64,000 nt of DNA from Patellaria atrata CBS 101060 (GCA_010093705.1 MU006089.1:3516173-3580172), one strand, 5' to 3'; counted from the stretch's first letter, positions 49,298 to 62,632 are shown. A program made the numbers and translations. The notes: a model not told the origin generated them from the sequence alone.

Positions 49298-50596
49298 ATG
49301 GCCGGATTTCCCCCGGCTTCTACCACCCTTACCATTCCTAGAGAGATTGTTTTTGCTGAACCTAGTGACCTCACCCTAATAATCGGATCAGGCGAAAGAT
49401 GCCAGGTCAGGGCTCGTATCAACTCCAATTGCTTCAAGCTCGCAAGCCCGGTCTGGAAAGCAATGCTCGGTCATTCTTGGAAGGAGTCCACCTCGTCTGA
49501 AATTCCTTTCCCAGAAGATGATCCGGATACTTTCGTCATTCTGCTTCATCTAGCACATCTCAATATAAATTGTCTTCCGGCAACGTTGGACTTTCAACAT
49601 CTTCTCCAGCTGAGTGTTATATGTGATAAATACGATACTGTGCATCTAGTGCGGCCGTATGAATCAAAATGGGTTGATCCGTCCAAGAAGAACCTGAAAG
49701 CCCCGGGCTATGAAGGATGGATGTTTATCGCATGGGTTTTTGGGTATCAGGACAGTTTTAAATCGTTAGCTCAACATTTGATACAGAACATCTTTGTCGA
49801 CAGTAACGGAGGTTTAAGAGTTTCCGGGAAAGGAATATACAAATCCAGCCATGACAACCTGGAAGTTGGGCTTATTTCAACACCTCTAGAAGCTAGTCAC
49901 ATCCCATCTGATATTTTCGGTAAGCTCATGTGTATCTCAATTACTCAGCACTACAGTTACACAAGGTAAAAGTCCCTGAACAGGTCAAGCGGGATGAGAT
50001 TCTGGGGAACTATTCCCACCCTGTTTCTCGACGATATTGCAAACCGTTCGATACGCTTTAGTATCTAATCTTATTCTCAGATAATATACTTCGGATACGC
50101 CTCCAAAAATTAAACGAAATCAAGGCTCTCTATAGAGATACAATAATTTCTTGGACATTAGAATCCCAATGTCAACAATTTATCCATTCCCGTAAGGGTT
50201 TCGGTCAGGGTTTCGGCCAGGGTTACGGCCAGGGTTTCGGCAACTTCGGTCAGGGCTTCGGCCAGAGCTTCGGCAAGGAGTATAATAGCTGTGCTGCCGC
50301 CATAGTAGGGTGCCTCATACGTGTGCTTCATGAAGCCAAACTCTGGCCCGAGCAAGATGGATCTTTAGAAACCAATAAAGCCGTGGAAAATTTTAGTGAC
50401 TGGCCTACTTGACAAGTGTAAAGGGAAGGGTTCGCTTTATGTGCACGACGGCTGCGCAACGACGGCTTTGAACACGTTTCAGGAATCGGTAAAAAAGATC
50501 AGAGATCGCGTGGATGATCCAGTAGATGAGCATCATCGGAACCACCTTCGCGAACAAGGGAAGAAAGGTCAAATGAATGGGGTCATTGGTGTATAA
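49298..50596 (+). CDS. Fungal BTB/POZ-domain protein with a GFGQ repeat and an apparent frameshift near 50385-50395
   Basis: BTB motifs SDLTLII...FKLASPVWKAML...FPEDDPDTFVILLHLAH...LSVICDKYD...WMFIAWVFG. Intron 49920-50080. The exon 2 frame stops at 50410-50412, while the +1 frame continues to 50596. Confidence 0.75.
50197..50274 (+). repeat. Coding minisatellite, 12-nt unit GGYTTCGGYCAG (Gly-Phe-Gly-Gln), about 7 copies
   Basis: ggtttcggtcag ggtttcggccag ggttacggccag ggtttcggcaac ttcggtcag ggcttcggccag agcttcggc translates as GFGQGFGQGYGQGFGNFGQGFGQSFG. Confidence 0.92.
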
Positions 50597-51270
50597 AAAG
50601 AGGTGTACGGTATTCGTCGGCAATGACTTGCATAATCACCACACAAACTGTCCAAGGAACCTTCACGTCCATAGTCTTCTCCTACACGAACTTTGGTCCT
50701 AGTGCTTAGTTAAGGTTCTTTTCGTTTCCGTGCCACAAATTGCATCCTCAACCTTCGTACACTCTCGATGAAAACTAACTGAGCACTGTCAAGTCCGAAG
50801 TATAAGAATCGAGCAATTCCGTCTCCTATAACCCTAGTGGTTTAGTTAATTCAACAGCTCTTACATGAAATATCTCCAATAGCATGGACTCAGATATACT
50901 ATTAAAGCGAGCATGTACCAAACGGGCTCATACGGCTGGATTACATGTACAGCTATGGCTTCCTGGTACATTTCCCCCTTACTGTACGTCAAAGAGTCGG
51001 ACATTATTTGTATCGAAAGCAGGTGAGGATACCGGGTCAGGGCAATCAAAGAGCACTCGTCAATATAGACTCAACCAGACATGGTAGATCCACACAGTAA
51101 AAGCAAAGTTTTAACTGTGACTGGGACTTAAACCCCATCCATTCTCGCCCATACATGCGGATATTGGCTGGTACAATAAAATACAGGAAATCGACTTGAC
51201 GCAGATCTTCGCGCAACCTTGTTTACACCATCCGACAATACTAACGTCCACAACGCCTCCGAAATCATGT

Positions 51271-52530
51271 TCATACTATGTTATCTGCTCTCGTTATCAT
51301 GGCAGGCGGAATTTGCTTACGACCAATGCTATTGCGGCCATTATGACTCTGTCCCATCGATCCCACCATCTGGCCTAATGGCATGACACTTGCGTCGAAA
51401 GGTGCTCCGCCATGCCCGGCTGTGCTGTCTGCATTGCCCCATTCCGCCTTTCGCGTGAATATCGCGTTACGGAAGCCGTCGTAACCGGAAGCACCTGAGC
51501 CATACGTGAAGGGGTAGGAACGCGTCAGTGGGATATGGTTGAAGCGAAAGTCCCAAACTGATGCGTACACCATGCGATAGCTAGATATCGCAAAGACACT
51601 CCCTATTATGGCTCCAGCAACGACGTCGTACCAGTTATGGAATTCGTCAATCGTAAGAGCACCAGCAACAAGCACAGCACCCAGGACCGGCGCATAGGTT
51701 GCGATGAGCTTCCAGAAAGCGGGATGATAGTTCGACCAAACCTTCAACTTGGCGTTCAGGTAGAAATATAGGAACATGAAACCCGCAAACGCGGCTGTGG
51801 AGTGTCCCGAAGGGAAGGATTCTAAAGAGTCATTGATCTCTTCCCTGTCACCTGTGCAAATGGAACGGTCGTACATGATCTCTCTATAGCCGTTTCCGGT
51901 ATTCGTAGCCCCAACAGTCGGAATTGCGGGCTTGCATACGGCGAGAAAATGGGGACGAAGACCCCCAATAAGCCATTTGACTATAACCTGGAAGACAGCT
52001 GCACCGATAGTTGAGTACAAGAGTCCAATAACTGCATTGTTAACGTCCCAGAAGGAGCGAATGCGGATTTGCATAAAGAAGAAGATGACGATCGGGACGA
52101 AGACTGCTAACATCGCTGCTGCCCATATGGGGATGATCTCGTTGCGAAGAGGATAAGCAAATTCTGGATATATCACTTCTCCGTCCTGGAATGATACGGG
52201 GAATGATCTACTGGGTGCTGGATCTGCTTGGTAAACCTAGCGTACGGGATTTAGTACCAGATCCAAAGGAACTTATATAGAGCGAAGTTTTTCTCTTACG
52301 CCTAAGCCAATAACTCCCACTATGATCATGGTTACAATATCAAGCCATGTACCCTTCAGCCATTGTCCAAACCTTGGCCGTCTAAAATGTCCATCATAAA
52401 CTGCAGGATCATTGAAGTAGCCAACACTTCGCTCATGTCTACTCATGATAGAACGGCGGCCGGGTATATCACGCGTTCCTGATGTTGTTGGAGTAGGCTC
52501 CACAGGGTCTCTGCGTCTGAAGAAAGGCAT
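51271..52530 (-). CDS. PAP2-family lipid phosphate phosphatase (DPP1/LPP1-like)
   Basis: Motifs C1 KWLIGGLRP, C2 SFPSGH and C3 variant LTIDEFHNWYD, with several TM helices. Exons 52530-52300 and 52236-51271. Confidence 0.92.
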
Positions 52531-55500
52531 TTGGGGTGAATTTTTCTTGAGATATCCGAATGTTCGATGAGTCAGTTCGTTTTCGAGTAAAGTGCAGGCG
52601 ACGCGACTTCGCTACAGCTATTTGATGTGAGGGTAAAGGGTTGAGTTGACGAAATCAAGGGCGACTACGATGATGTGTTTTGCGTGACGTGGGACACGTT
52701 TTCAAAACGTGTGTTATCGTCAGCGTCCACGAGATAGAATCGAGAGGGAGGCACGATTCATATCAAGAAAGACGACGTCATTTGGTACAGTACCTGTTGG
52801 AACTTCTGTCGTCACCTTCCTCCGAGTCGCGTTACCGGTTACAATTAATAGAAATGATGCAAAATTTGGCACGCGGCGCTGAACCCGTGATCTTCTTAAC
52901 ACATTTATTGGACCTGTAACCTGTTTGATTTTCCTTGAAGTAGTTCTCTAGCTGTATGGGGAAATTTAGAACTAAGAAGTTGGCAGTGAAGCTTATTCAA
53001 CCTTGGCTCTAATGCTTGATAGTACAAAGGATTACGTAAGGTGATCTACATTACTCAAGGAATTCCACACTACCTTACTATCTACTCCCGTCGACCTCAC
53101 CTCTTATGCAACACCGTCCCATTGTTTACTGAACCCTTTCAAAGAACAATCCATCACACACGGAGGAAACGAGACGAGCTTGCAGTCACGTAGAACCAAC
53201 TACTTTGGGTTTGGAGATTGCCATGAATGATGAGGTTGACGATACCTTGACAATAATTTGCCCAATGAGAGCTAAACTTTATCAATGCTGTAGAGTCCCG
53301 ATATACGTCGCCATCTTTTAGCCTTTATGCCGAGTTCAAGCACCGCGAGCAGCATTTTCGGCATGATAATAGGGACTGTTCTCTAGCAACAGTGAGTGAC
53401 AGCTTGGGAGTCGAGATATGGGTCCATCAGGGGACATTGGACCTGGAAACATGATCAAGTGTTTAACAAACGAGGAAAGCAATTGGGGCACTTTAAATAT
53501 CTTCACTTGAAAAGAAGGGAGATGGATGATCAACTCAGGGCATGGTTACATCGAAGTCTTACGCTTGATAAGACCTTGAACGAGGGTATAGAAGAATATC
53601 TGATATAGGGGCCCAAATTTTTCCTTTCCGGGGTTCTGACAAGATATTTGTTGCAAATTCTGGCCAATTATTTGCGGTCAAGATGATACAAATGCGCAAC
53701 TTAAAGCACAACCGTATACCCGAGCAATAGGAAGTACGACGATATCGAAGCAATGTGACGCTCATTTCCTCAAGAATGCGAGTCTTAAAACATGAGACGA
53801 GGCGTTATTTCCTATTCATAATGTGCGGCAGCAGATCCATTGGCCCGTCCCTTTCGCAGTCACACATGCGGCATATATCAGGGTTCTTCCAACCACGTGC
53901 CGTGAAATCTATGATACCTTGGACTCTGGCAGCCAACGGAGCTTCAGTCTAGAACATGCCCTATCCGCTTGGATAGTTCTACTCTTCTTGTCTTATGTCT
54001 TCCCATATGGCTTCTTTGAAGGTCTGAGCTTATTGTATAGTATAACACAAAGCTACCAGGCTTCCTCTTGTCATGCTGTTCTTGCTTTACTCTACCTCTT
54101 TTACCCACAGCGGTTCCAGCCTCGCTCTAGCAAAGTCTAAAGGCGAAAGATAGATACATCTGCTGATGTATCATTATGGGTACAGGAACGATACAGCATC
54201 CGTGGAGTCTGGACTATGACGTAGGAGAGGCTCGGATTCTATGGTGTCTGAACACTCAATACTCCAAATTCGTGAGTACCGTGAAGTATAAATATCTCAA
54301 AGTGTAAAACTCACGTACAATTACTTGGCCGTTTAATTATGATGGCAAGGGACACTGTCTCAAAGAAGTTTAACTATCTCACACTCTCTTCAAACCCTAA
54401 TTTTCTCATTTACAGTACTCACTAAGATATAACCATCAAGAGCTACGAGGATCAGACTGAAAGATACGCATCGGGGTTTACTAAATGGATGGTACTTCTG
54501 TCTGGTACTGGATGTAACTAAGAGATGTAAGAGCTAGTTGGGTATTTTGGAATTATGAGCAATTGATCATAGGCGCATGGCATAAAGGTTATCTTAAGTG
54601 ATTAGATGGTAACTTACTAATTTCAAATAGGAATCGAAAGCTTTCTTGAGTACGTGTACTTAGAAATGAGTATCAGGCGGCGACAATCATGCGAAAAGAG
54701 TAGATGATGAGGAGTTGCTGACAACCTACATTGCGCATTTTTTCCACATGTCTAATGATGGAGTCTCACTGAGCGACCGTATATGTACTGTACCATAAGT
54801 GGCTCAAATCTCTGGCGCCCGACAACGGTTGAGCCGGGTCAGCTCGGTTGTACGGAGTATCTGCTTTCCAAACTCCTGGAACAAATGTAGCTAGAGCTGT
54901 GGATGTAACAGACACATATGTATTGTTCCTTAGGTATCGACGTGTTCACATAAACTTCCATTGGTACCCCATCTAGTGTTACTCCCGGTCGACTTAATTC
55001 TGAGATATAGTTCAATCTGCTGGTCAGTGTACTCTTCAGTTTCTCTCCTTGCTCGTCTCCAATTCAAATCAAAGTAGGCCCCATCGCCAAATGTAATGGA
55101 CTTTCGAAATATCAACTCAACTCTAAAGCTAGTGAAAGGGATGACCATGGACTGAGAGGAAATACTTTGACTAAGAATTACTCAAAGCTCCACATTCTGC
55201 AAGCTGGGAGTAATTGCACAGGCCCCTCATGAAACTGCCGCAAATCGCTGAATGCAAGAATCCGGGGATTTTCTACAGCAAATGAATGAATTCACGTACC
55301 GCCTCATCCATGTTATTCCATTACCGTGGGCAAGCCGAAGGACCGTCAATCGAGGGTCGTGTCCAGCGGCTTCGCACGCGGCTTTATTTTGTGAACGTCT
55401 ACAGTCCTTGATCAACCCACTGTCTAGGTTCGACGTGTTAACATCGCGTACATGTACCACAACACGTACTGTGATACCATTAACTGGTAAAGCAAAGGTC

Positions 55501-58025
55501 CTTGTTCACCTTTACCGCCATTTTAAGCTTCGTTCGACCGTTTCACAGCTGCGAACTGGAGTGAGGACGACTATCGGCCATGATCGGTCCAAAGGTCATT
55601 TTCTTCAAGGTGAAATTTACCTAATTAGTTGATGCAAGCATTGAAGCTACCTACGTGTATACAAGGGAAGAGGGTCTCCACTCACTCGGGATGAACCGAG
55701 CAACTAGACCGGTCAAACGCCCGACAAATCTGGGTAACAAGGAAATAGTAAGACGACTTTCGGGAGAGAGAAGGCAAACTGGCGATAGTGAGAGTTTATA
55801 AAGCGAGCATATTATAATCCTTACTCGATTTAAATTTGACCTTGTGCCTGATCCCACTTTTTGTCCAGAACATGGAGTAGTTTTAGTCGTATGCAGTATG
55901 CTTGCGGCTATTGGGCTAACTTATCAGACGCCACTCTGCTCAACCACTGTATCTATAACCATAATGATGGTGAATTTCATCTTTCGGGGAATTGGAAAGT
56001 CAGTCACCGTTACAAGTATCGTTGTGTGGCGTCGATACCGCTGAGTGATGTTACACCGAGGGAGCAGGGAAACTTGTTGAGCAAAATACCCGAGGGAACA
56101 TAAGCTAAATGATAGGATGGGTGATACAAGAATAGAGGGAAAAGGGATTGGGATCTTAGGTAACAGGTAGACGAATAGATATTGTAGCGCTTGTATATGC
56201 GTTAATTCTAAGGAATCACGATGACCGTTGCCGTAGTCATTGATCGATGATCGATCTGGAAAGGCAGCCGAAAATCTCATTTAAAGATTGCCTCACCTCT
56301 CCTATACCCCTATTGGATAGGGGGAAGGCCGCAGTTCCTAAAGGATTTGCATCTGGTTGGGATTTTTTAAGGGTACGGTATATCTGGAGCAGAGGAGAGT
56401 TCGTATTCCTTGCACAAGCTTAAAATATACAGAACCCCACCTCAAGATGGAAAACGTAGCGGGAAAAATGGATTCGAAGGTGCCTGGCCCAGGTACCTCG
56501 GTCGCTCTTGTAATCGACCTGCTTGATTAGCGTTACGCACATGCTGAGATGATTACTGTATGGTAGACTGTAGAAGAAAACTTACCCGCACGACTCAGAC
56601 GTGGAATGCAGAGTTGAAACGTACTGGAATTGGTTGCTCGGACAGAACGATTGGCATGTATGCACCTCAACAACTCCTTTTTTGATTCAGTTTGGAACCG
56701 ATCAGCAACCCACACCTGAATATGCATGCCGTGCCGCGTTACCTGGCAACTTCGTCATCATCAAGTAGGTATTGTACTGTACTAGAGGATTATTGATGGC
56801 TCGGAAACATTGAAAAACATCGTGTTTTGCCCAGCATTTAGCACTGGTAGAGGGTTGCTTTAAATCATCTCCCTACATACAAAAATTAGTCGAGAGTAAT
56901 TCTAACCATTGATGAAAAGGATGAGATTTGAGAGAAGTGATGCCATTATTCTGATTATAAAAGAACAGAAAATGTCTATAAAAGTCACAGTTACTGTTCT
57001 CCTGTAAGGTTAAACCTGGATAGGAAGATGTAGATTACTTAAGTGGAACTAGTATTCAAAGTCTAACTCGATCTGAAATGATGCAAGAGAAGATGGCGGC
57101 ATGAATGCATGATTAGAACTCTAGTTCAGTACTAGCTAAGTCCTGGACCAATCAACGTGATCTGTCTGACCCCTACTTTTCGAAAGAGAGCTCTTGGCTC
57201 AGTTCTCTACGAAAGCCTTCCTTTTCACATCCCATCCATCCCTTCACAATCCGATTAAAAACTGTCGTCTATTCTCTCCATCGCGGAGCCTTCATCTATT
57301 CTTCGACCGTCGTTTTGTGTCTGTTTTTCATTTTCCAATACTCTTCCGCTGGAATTCTTCGCTTGCCACCCGTAATCGCGTGCCTAGGCCGAGGCTTTTT
57401 GTTGTCGTGACCTTCCACCTGCTCTCCAGGTCTCCTCTTCTCACCACCACTGATCAAACGGGGAGCGACTGTAAAAGGTCGTCCATTCACCTATCCTCCT
57501 TCTTCGATGTGGCCCTGAGTAACCTGCATTGCGTCCCTGAGTGGGCAGTCTGTTTTGCAAGGCCTATCTACAACATCCAAGAGGCTCCGAAATCACCAAC
57601 ATACGCGCTTCAATCCGTCGGGCTCTCACCAGCTGCTCCCTCCTATTTGTACCACGATTCTTTTTCGACCTCCAATTTTTTCGTTTAATAACGTTCTTTG
57701 TATAAACTTATTGCCCTCCCCTTGGGGCTCGTATTTGGATGTCGATCGCTGTCCTAAAGCGATAGGGGTACGTAGTCAATTCCAGGCTCGAATTACACAT
57801 AGTCTAATTCACCGCTTGCAACATCTTGCTTGAAAACTTTCTTTTTTATTTAAAAAAAAAAGAACCATTAAATCTAACCACGACCGACCTTATTCCTACC
57901 TATTTTGCTAACTTCTGCGTTTTTCTTAGTCCATCATTTAATATCCGTTCTCAACAAGAGCTTAGCGATCTCAAAGCGGGTGAATCTCGCGACTCGTCAA
58001 CACTGTATCGTGGATAGGAGTTCCG

Positions 58026-60531
58026 ATGGCTCAGGTACTCGCACCTATCCTTCAGACTACAACTCCCATGACCTTGCTCCATTCCTCGACCGATCCATTT
58101 CAAACCAATTCATCAGGGCAAACCAGTGCCGCACAACCTCCAAGATCTTCACAAATGCCGCGAACACACTTGTACAACGGACAGAATGCTGGAGGTTATA
58201 GAGGGACTTCAACACCCGTAGCGCCTTACGCGTTCCAGTCTACTCCACACCTACGGCAGGAGAGCCGGACGATTTCCAGTTCAAGCAATTCATACGGCCA
58301 ACAAGCTCAGCTGACTCCTCTCGTACAAAAGGCGGGTCATGTGTCTTCATCATCTAACTCCACCATATCTTCAGCGGCTTCATCGAACCGCTCAGCGACG
58401 GCTCCTCATAAAATGTCCAGAGACGACTCTGTGATCTCTACCGCTCAACGCTCACAAGGGTCTCTTGATACTAAAACCAACGCGACTATGAATCTTACAC
58501 TACCCGACCTCAATTTTTCTTCCTTCGATGTGACAGCGAAACCTTCGCCAGATCGATATCGTCGTGGTCAACGCCAACCAAATGTAACCACTTCTTCCGC
58601 TACCAAATCTGCAACCCCATCTGGCTCAGGTATGGCTGCAGTAGCACATCTCTATGATAGTAATGGAAATAGTAGCGCAGCTCGTCCCGCTCATCTTCGA
58701 ACGAGCAGTGCGGATGACATGCAATTGCCACGTCATGGTCAAACCGAACATGCTAAGAGATATCGCAGACGTAGTGTCGGTGGTTTTGAGCCAAATACAT
58801 ATCCAGAATCTGCACTGATCTCTACACCACCATTGGTTCCGAAATCGCAACCCACGTGGGCATCAATAGTTGCTGGTAGAGCGGATGGAAAAGAGAACAA
58901 ACCCCCTGCACCTGCCCCACGGCCGGACTTTTATAGCAATCGAAACACGAGCCGAGAGTCTCTTTCCTCCACTAATTCAGCACAACGACCATCTTCACGG
59001 CCCTCATCTGTAAGTTTTATTCCTTGATATCAAATCCTTTTGAACAATTTTTGCACTCAAAATTTTTGTCAATTCGTACTAACCCATGCTTAGTCGAGGA
59101 AAGAATCCTCTCCAAGACCGCAATCGCCACAGTCTGCACCCAGACAAGAATCGAGAAATGTCAATGTACCTCCACGAGAGTCTTCCAATACTAGCAAACG
59201 GATGGCAAACCCATCTCCTCTATCTCAACCTGCCATCGGGATGGACTCGGATACTCCGCAACCCAGTCCCAATAAGCCAACGATGTCCCAAGCTCCGAGC
59301 CCCGCCATGCAGCACCTCACTGCCCTCAATGACAAAGACTTGAATAAAGGAATGAAGTCACGACTTCGCAGGGCCTTTTCATTCGGTAGTGCGGCCGAGC
59401 TTCGACGCGCTTCAGCAGAGAATAGCCTTTCCGCGGAACGAGCCAAGTTGAGGAAAGAGAAGTACCAAACTGATAAAGAGGCTGCCGCAGCGGCTGAGGA
59501 AGAAGCTATCATCGCCAAACAAGAAGCCGCAGGTATTGGTGCAGGAATATACTCTGGACAGGGAGGCTTGACTGGATCCACGGACAATGTTTCAATCTCA
59601 TCCACTGCCTCTTCGGCATCAATCATGCTTCGTAAGATGGGAAAAGGTATGAAGAAAGGCGGAAGATCCATCAAGGGACTTTTCAGACCCAAGTCCGTCA
59701 TTGGTGTTCCTGCTGCCGATGGACCTGTGACTCAACCTAGTGTGGCTCAAGTCTCCATGGTGACTGTCGAAGCTGAGAGGGAGAAGGTCAATGTCAACTT
59801 GAACCCTCATGACCAAATCGGTGGAGGTACTGGATTTCCAAAGCTAGAGAGGAATTCAATCGAGACTGGAGCGCTCGAAAAACCCAGTTCTTCAAATGGT
59901 TCTGGAATCGGTGCCGACACATGGACAAGAAAGAGTATTGTAGGTGGTGATAGGGAGCGACAAGAGGTTTTAGCGACAATGGGTCAGCGGAAAGGAATTC
60001 TTAAGCGTACGTTTCCTATCTCTCGATTGTGCTATGTCTGTCTAACAAAAACTAGGGCCCGGTTCCAATAACTCTTCTCCGGTCATTCGTCCTGCAGATC
60101 ATAAAGCACCTGATCTGGGACTCCCACAAATTCCCCATGTCTCCGACACACCAAACTCAAGTGGTCCCACCACCCCTGCGGACGATAACAGAGTTAATAT
60201 CGGTGGAGAAGATTATTTTGTTGGAGTACCAAAGTTCTCCAGCAGCACCAAGAGCCTACCAAATACTCCACAAGGTGGTAGTCGCAACATTAGCTTCAGT
60301 CCCAGAATCATGTTCCACGATGCATGGTCCAGTTCTGAGTATGATAGGCGCGGGGACATTGCTACCTGCAACCGTTTAACTCCGATGCTAGCACAGCAGA
60401 TTAAGGAAGAGCTGAATTCCTTCAAAATGGTATGTCGTGCACTCATCCACACTTTGACATTCCTCAAACTAATGCCACTTTAGGAGATGGAGGTTCACGA
60501 AGACTCGAAGCCACACACACACTTCTTCTAA
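58026..60531 (+). CDS. BNI4: Bni4-like PP1-targeting scaffold (Phactr-like C-terminal domain)
   Basis: Long S/T/P-rich region, then KGILK and NISFSPRIMFHDAWSSSEYDRRGDIATCNRLTPMLAQQIKEELNSFKMEMEVHEDSKPHTHFF*. Exons 58026-59009, 59094-60006, 60056-60429, 60484-60531. Confidence 0.85.
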
Positions 60532-61895
60532 CGAATTAAAAAATCAACGAAAACATAAGCATACCTACACGTGGTTGTCAATATCGCCGCCGCAATGGGT
60601 TATGAACGAATTCTCTCCCGAACTCATTATCATCATCATCTCATAGAACTCAACATCTAACTACCGTTTCCGCCCTTCCTACGTCTTTAACACCGCAACC
60701 ATTTGTAGCAAAGCACGCATTTGGCGGTCTCAACTGAAGCACTCATACATTTCTGGCGTTCCCAGGCGAAAAGCGGGCAGCAAGCAAGTTTCTGTTTCTA
60801 TCGGTTTCATTTTGTCATTGTCCGTGCTGGAATCTTTTTCCTTTTTTTTTACTGCAAATTAATGTGGGTGGGTTTGACCTTTCCTTTTTCTTGTCTTACT
60901 CCTTTCCTTCGGTCTGTATGTCTCTCTGGGATGTGCATGACAAAACCGAAGCAGCAGGATGTGAGCGAACATTGACAACCCGTCAGTGCGAGCATTTCTT
61001 GAAATATCAATGCTGCGGAATGGGTTCTTTATGAGCCAGAGGATTTTAAACAAATCAACCATTATCGGTTGGAGAATGGACGGAAGTGGACGTGTAGGAG
61101 ATATGTATGATGCAGGACGTCTTATCATCGTGTTGTCTTGGGATCCAAACTCATGGATCTCAGTCAACCGAGGAAGGTGGCAACAGCTTTCTTTTTCAAT
61201 CTTTCTGGTTAGGTTATGAAATGGAGGAAAGCTTTGTGCCTTCTTTACTCTTAGCTCCTTCATGATGCAAACTTCTTACAATTGTGCTTATGAGTGATGC
61301 GGATGCGGAATTACCCTAAATTTCTTCCGCTCAGGCCTATGATACTCTAACCCTCACGATCCTCCGTTCACGAATTGATACTTGCCACTCACATAGCCGA
61401 GCGATTATCTTGAAGTTTCAACGTGTGAAATAGGACTTTTGTGCTTTCAAAATGCTAACACTAAACTCATAGCAAACCTATTATCGAGGGGGCTACCGAG
61501 ATGCGATAATGCGATAATGGGTCACCAGGATGGGTGAATAGAAGATGTACACTCGGACTACCTTGTTACTCTACTGTTCATGTCCTACTACTGTCTGTAC
61601 GGTCATGGGGCGACTTTTCTATATTTCACTTTCCTATTTCTCAACCAAAAGTTTTCTTCATATCGTAAATATATAGTCTATTAATCAACTCCGAGATGCT
61701 TTTTATTCAAGATCATGGTATCACCAAAATATGGAGAACTGAAAGTTTCATTTTAAATTGATAATTCATATCGGCATGTACATATTTTTGAGGCGTACAT
61801 GAGAATATTCAGATGTTTCGTGATATTTCCTATGCGCCATGGTCTCTCACGTCGACCCCGTCCATCCCTACCGGCCTCACCTTCGTCTTTAAACT

Positions 61896-62632
61896 TTAGA
61901 CCTTCATCTCGGTAAGCCCATGTTTCCAGACAGTGACATAAGGTGTAACACCATCTTCGCGATAGTTGAGAAGGATGACCCTATGAAAATGATATGAATT
62001 AGCATTCTATACCTTCACACTAGCGGATAAAATGAAAGGAGAGGGTCATATACATACATTCCATCGGGATCCATACTCTCACCAATCAAGAACTCGTAGT
62101 CCTTGAAGTTGGCAATGATCTTCTTAGCATAACCCTGGGCAGCTTTCTCGAACTCCTTGACGTCGTCCTCGCTGGCGCCACGAGCTTTCATAGCCTCCTT
62201 GACTTTCTTCATGTATGTCTTGAGGTGGGTGAGGTAGGACTTCTTGTCGAAGCTGGTCTCGTTCAGACGAAAGGAATGCACAACATCGATGACTTGCTGG
62301 GCTTGATCTTCGGTGCCTTCGTCGGCTTCTTCGGCCGAAGCGTTGGCGCCAATATCTATGGTGATATTAGACGATTGCGGTCTATTGTGGTATTTGGGCG
62401 GCACGTACCGATATCACCAACACCAACGGAGATTTTCTTGCAATCAGCCTCGTAGACGGCACCATCGATCTCCTTTAGGTTGTATGAATCAGAGATGATC
62501 TCATCTTCAGTGATGATATCCTATAATTCGGTTACGGTTTGTTAGCTCTACGAAAAAATGATCCAGTCTTATCCAGGCATTGTAATGCGGGGAGCGGGGC
62601 GCTGAAAAGAGTCTCACCTTGAAGATGATCAT
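61896..62632 (-). CDS. TMA19: Translationally controlled tumour protein (TCTP)
   Basis: Four exons read [18 protein letters not shown]...|[15 protein letters not shown]...[15 protein letters not shown]...[37 protein letters not shown]. Confidence 0.96.

Noticed and set aside
50197..50274. Repeat array considered as CRISPR-like
   Set aside because: Tandem 12-nt coding units with no spacers, in a eukaryotic gene.
50192..50288. Possible intron (gtaagg...aatag) that would remove the GFGQ repeat and fix the frameshift
   Set aside because: Splicing it gives an immediate TAG (CCT GTG CTG CCG CCA TAG) and loses the Cys-containing helix.
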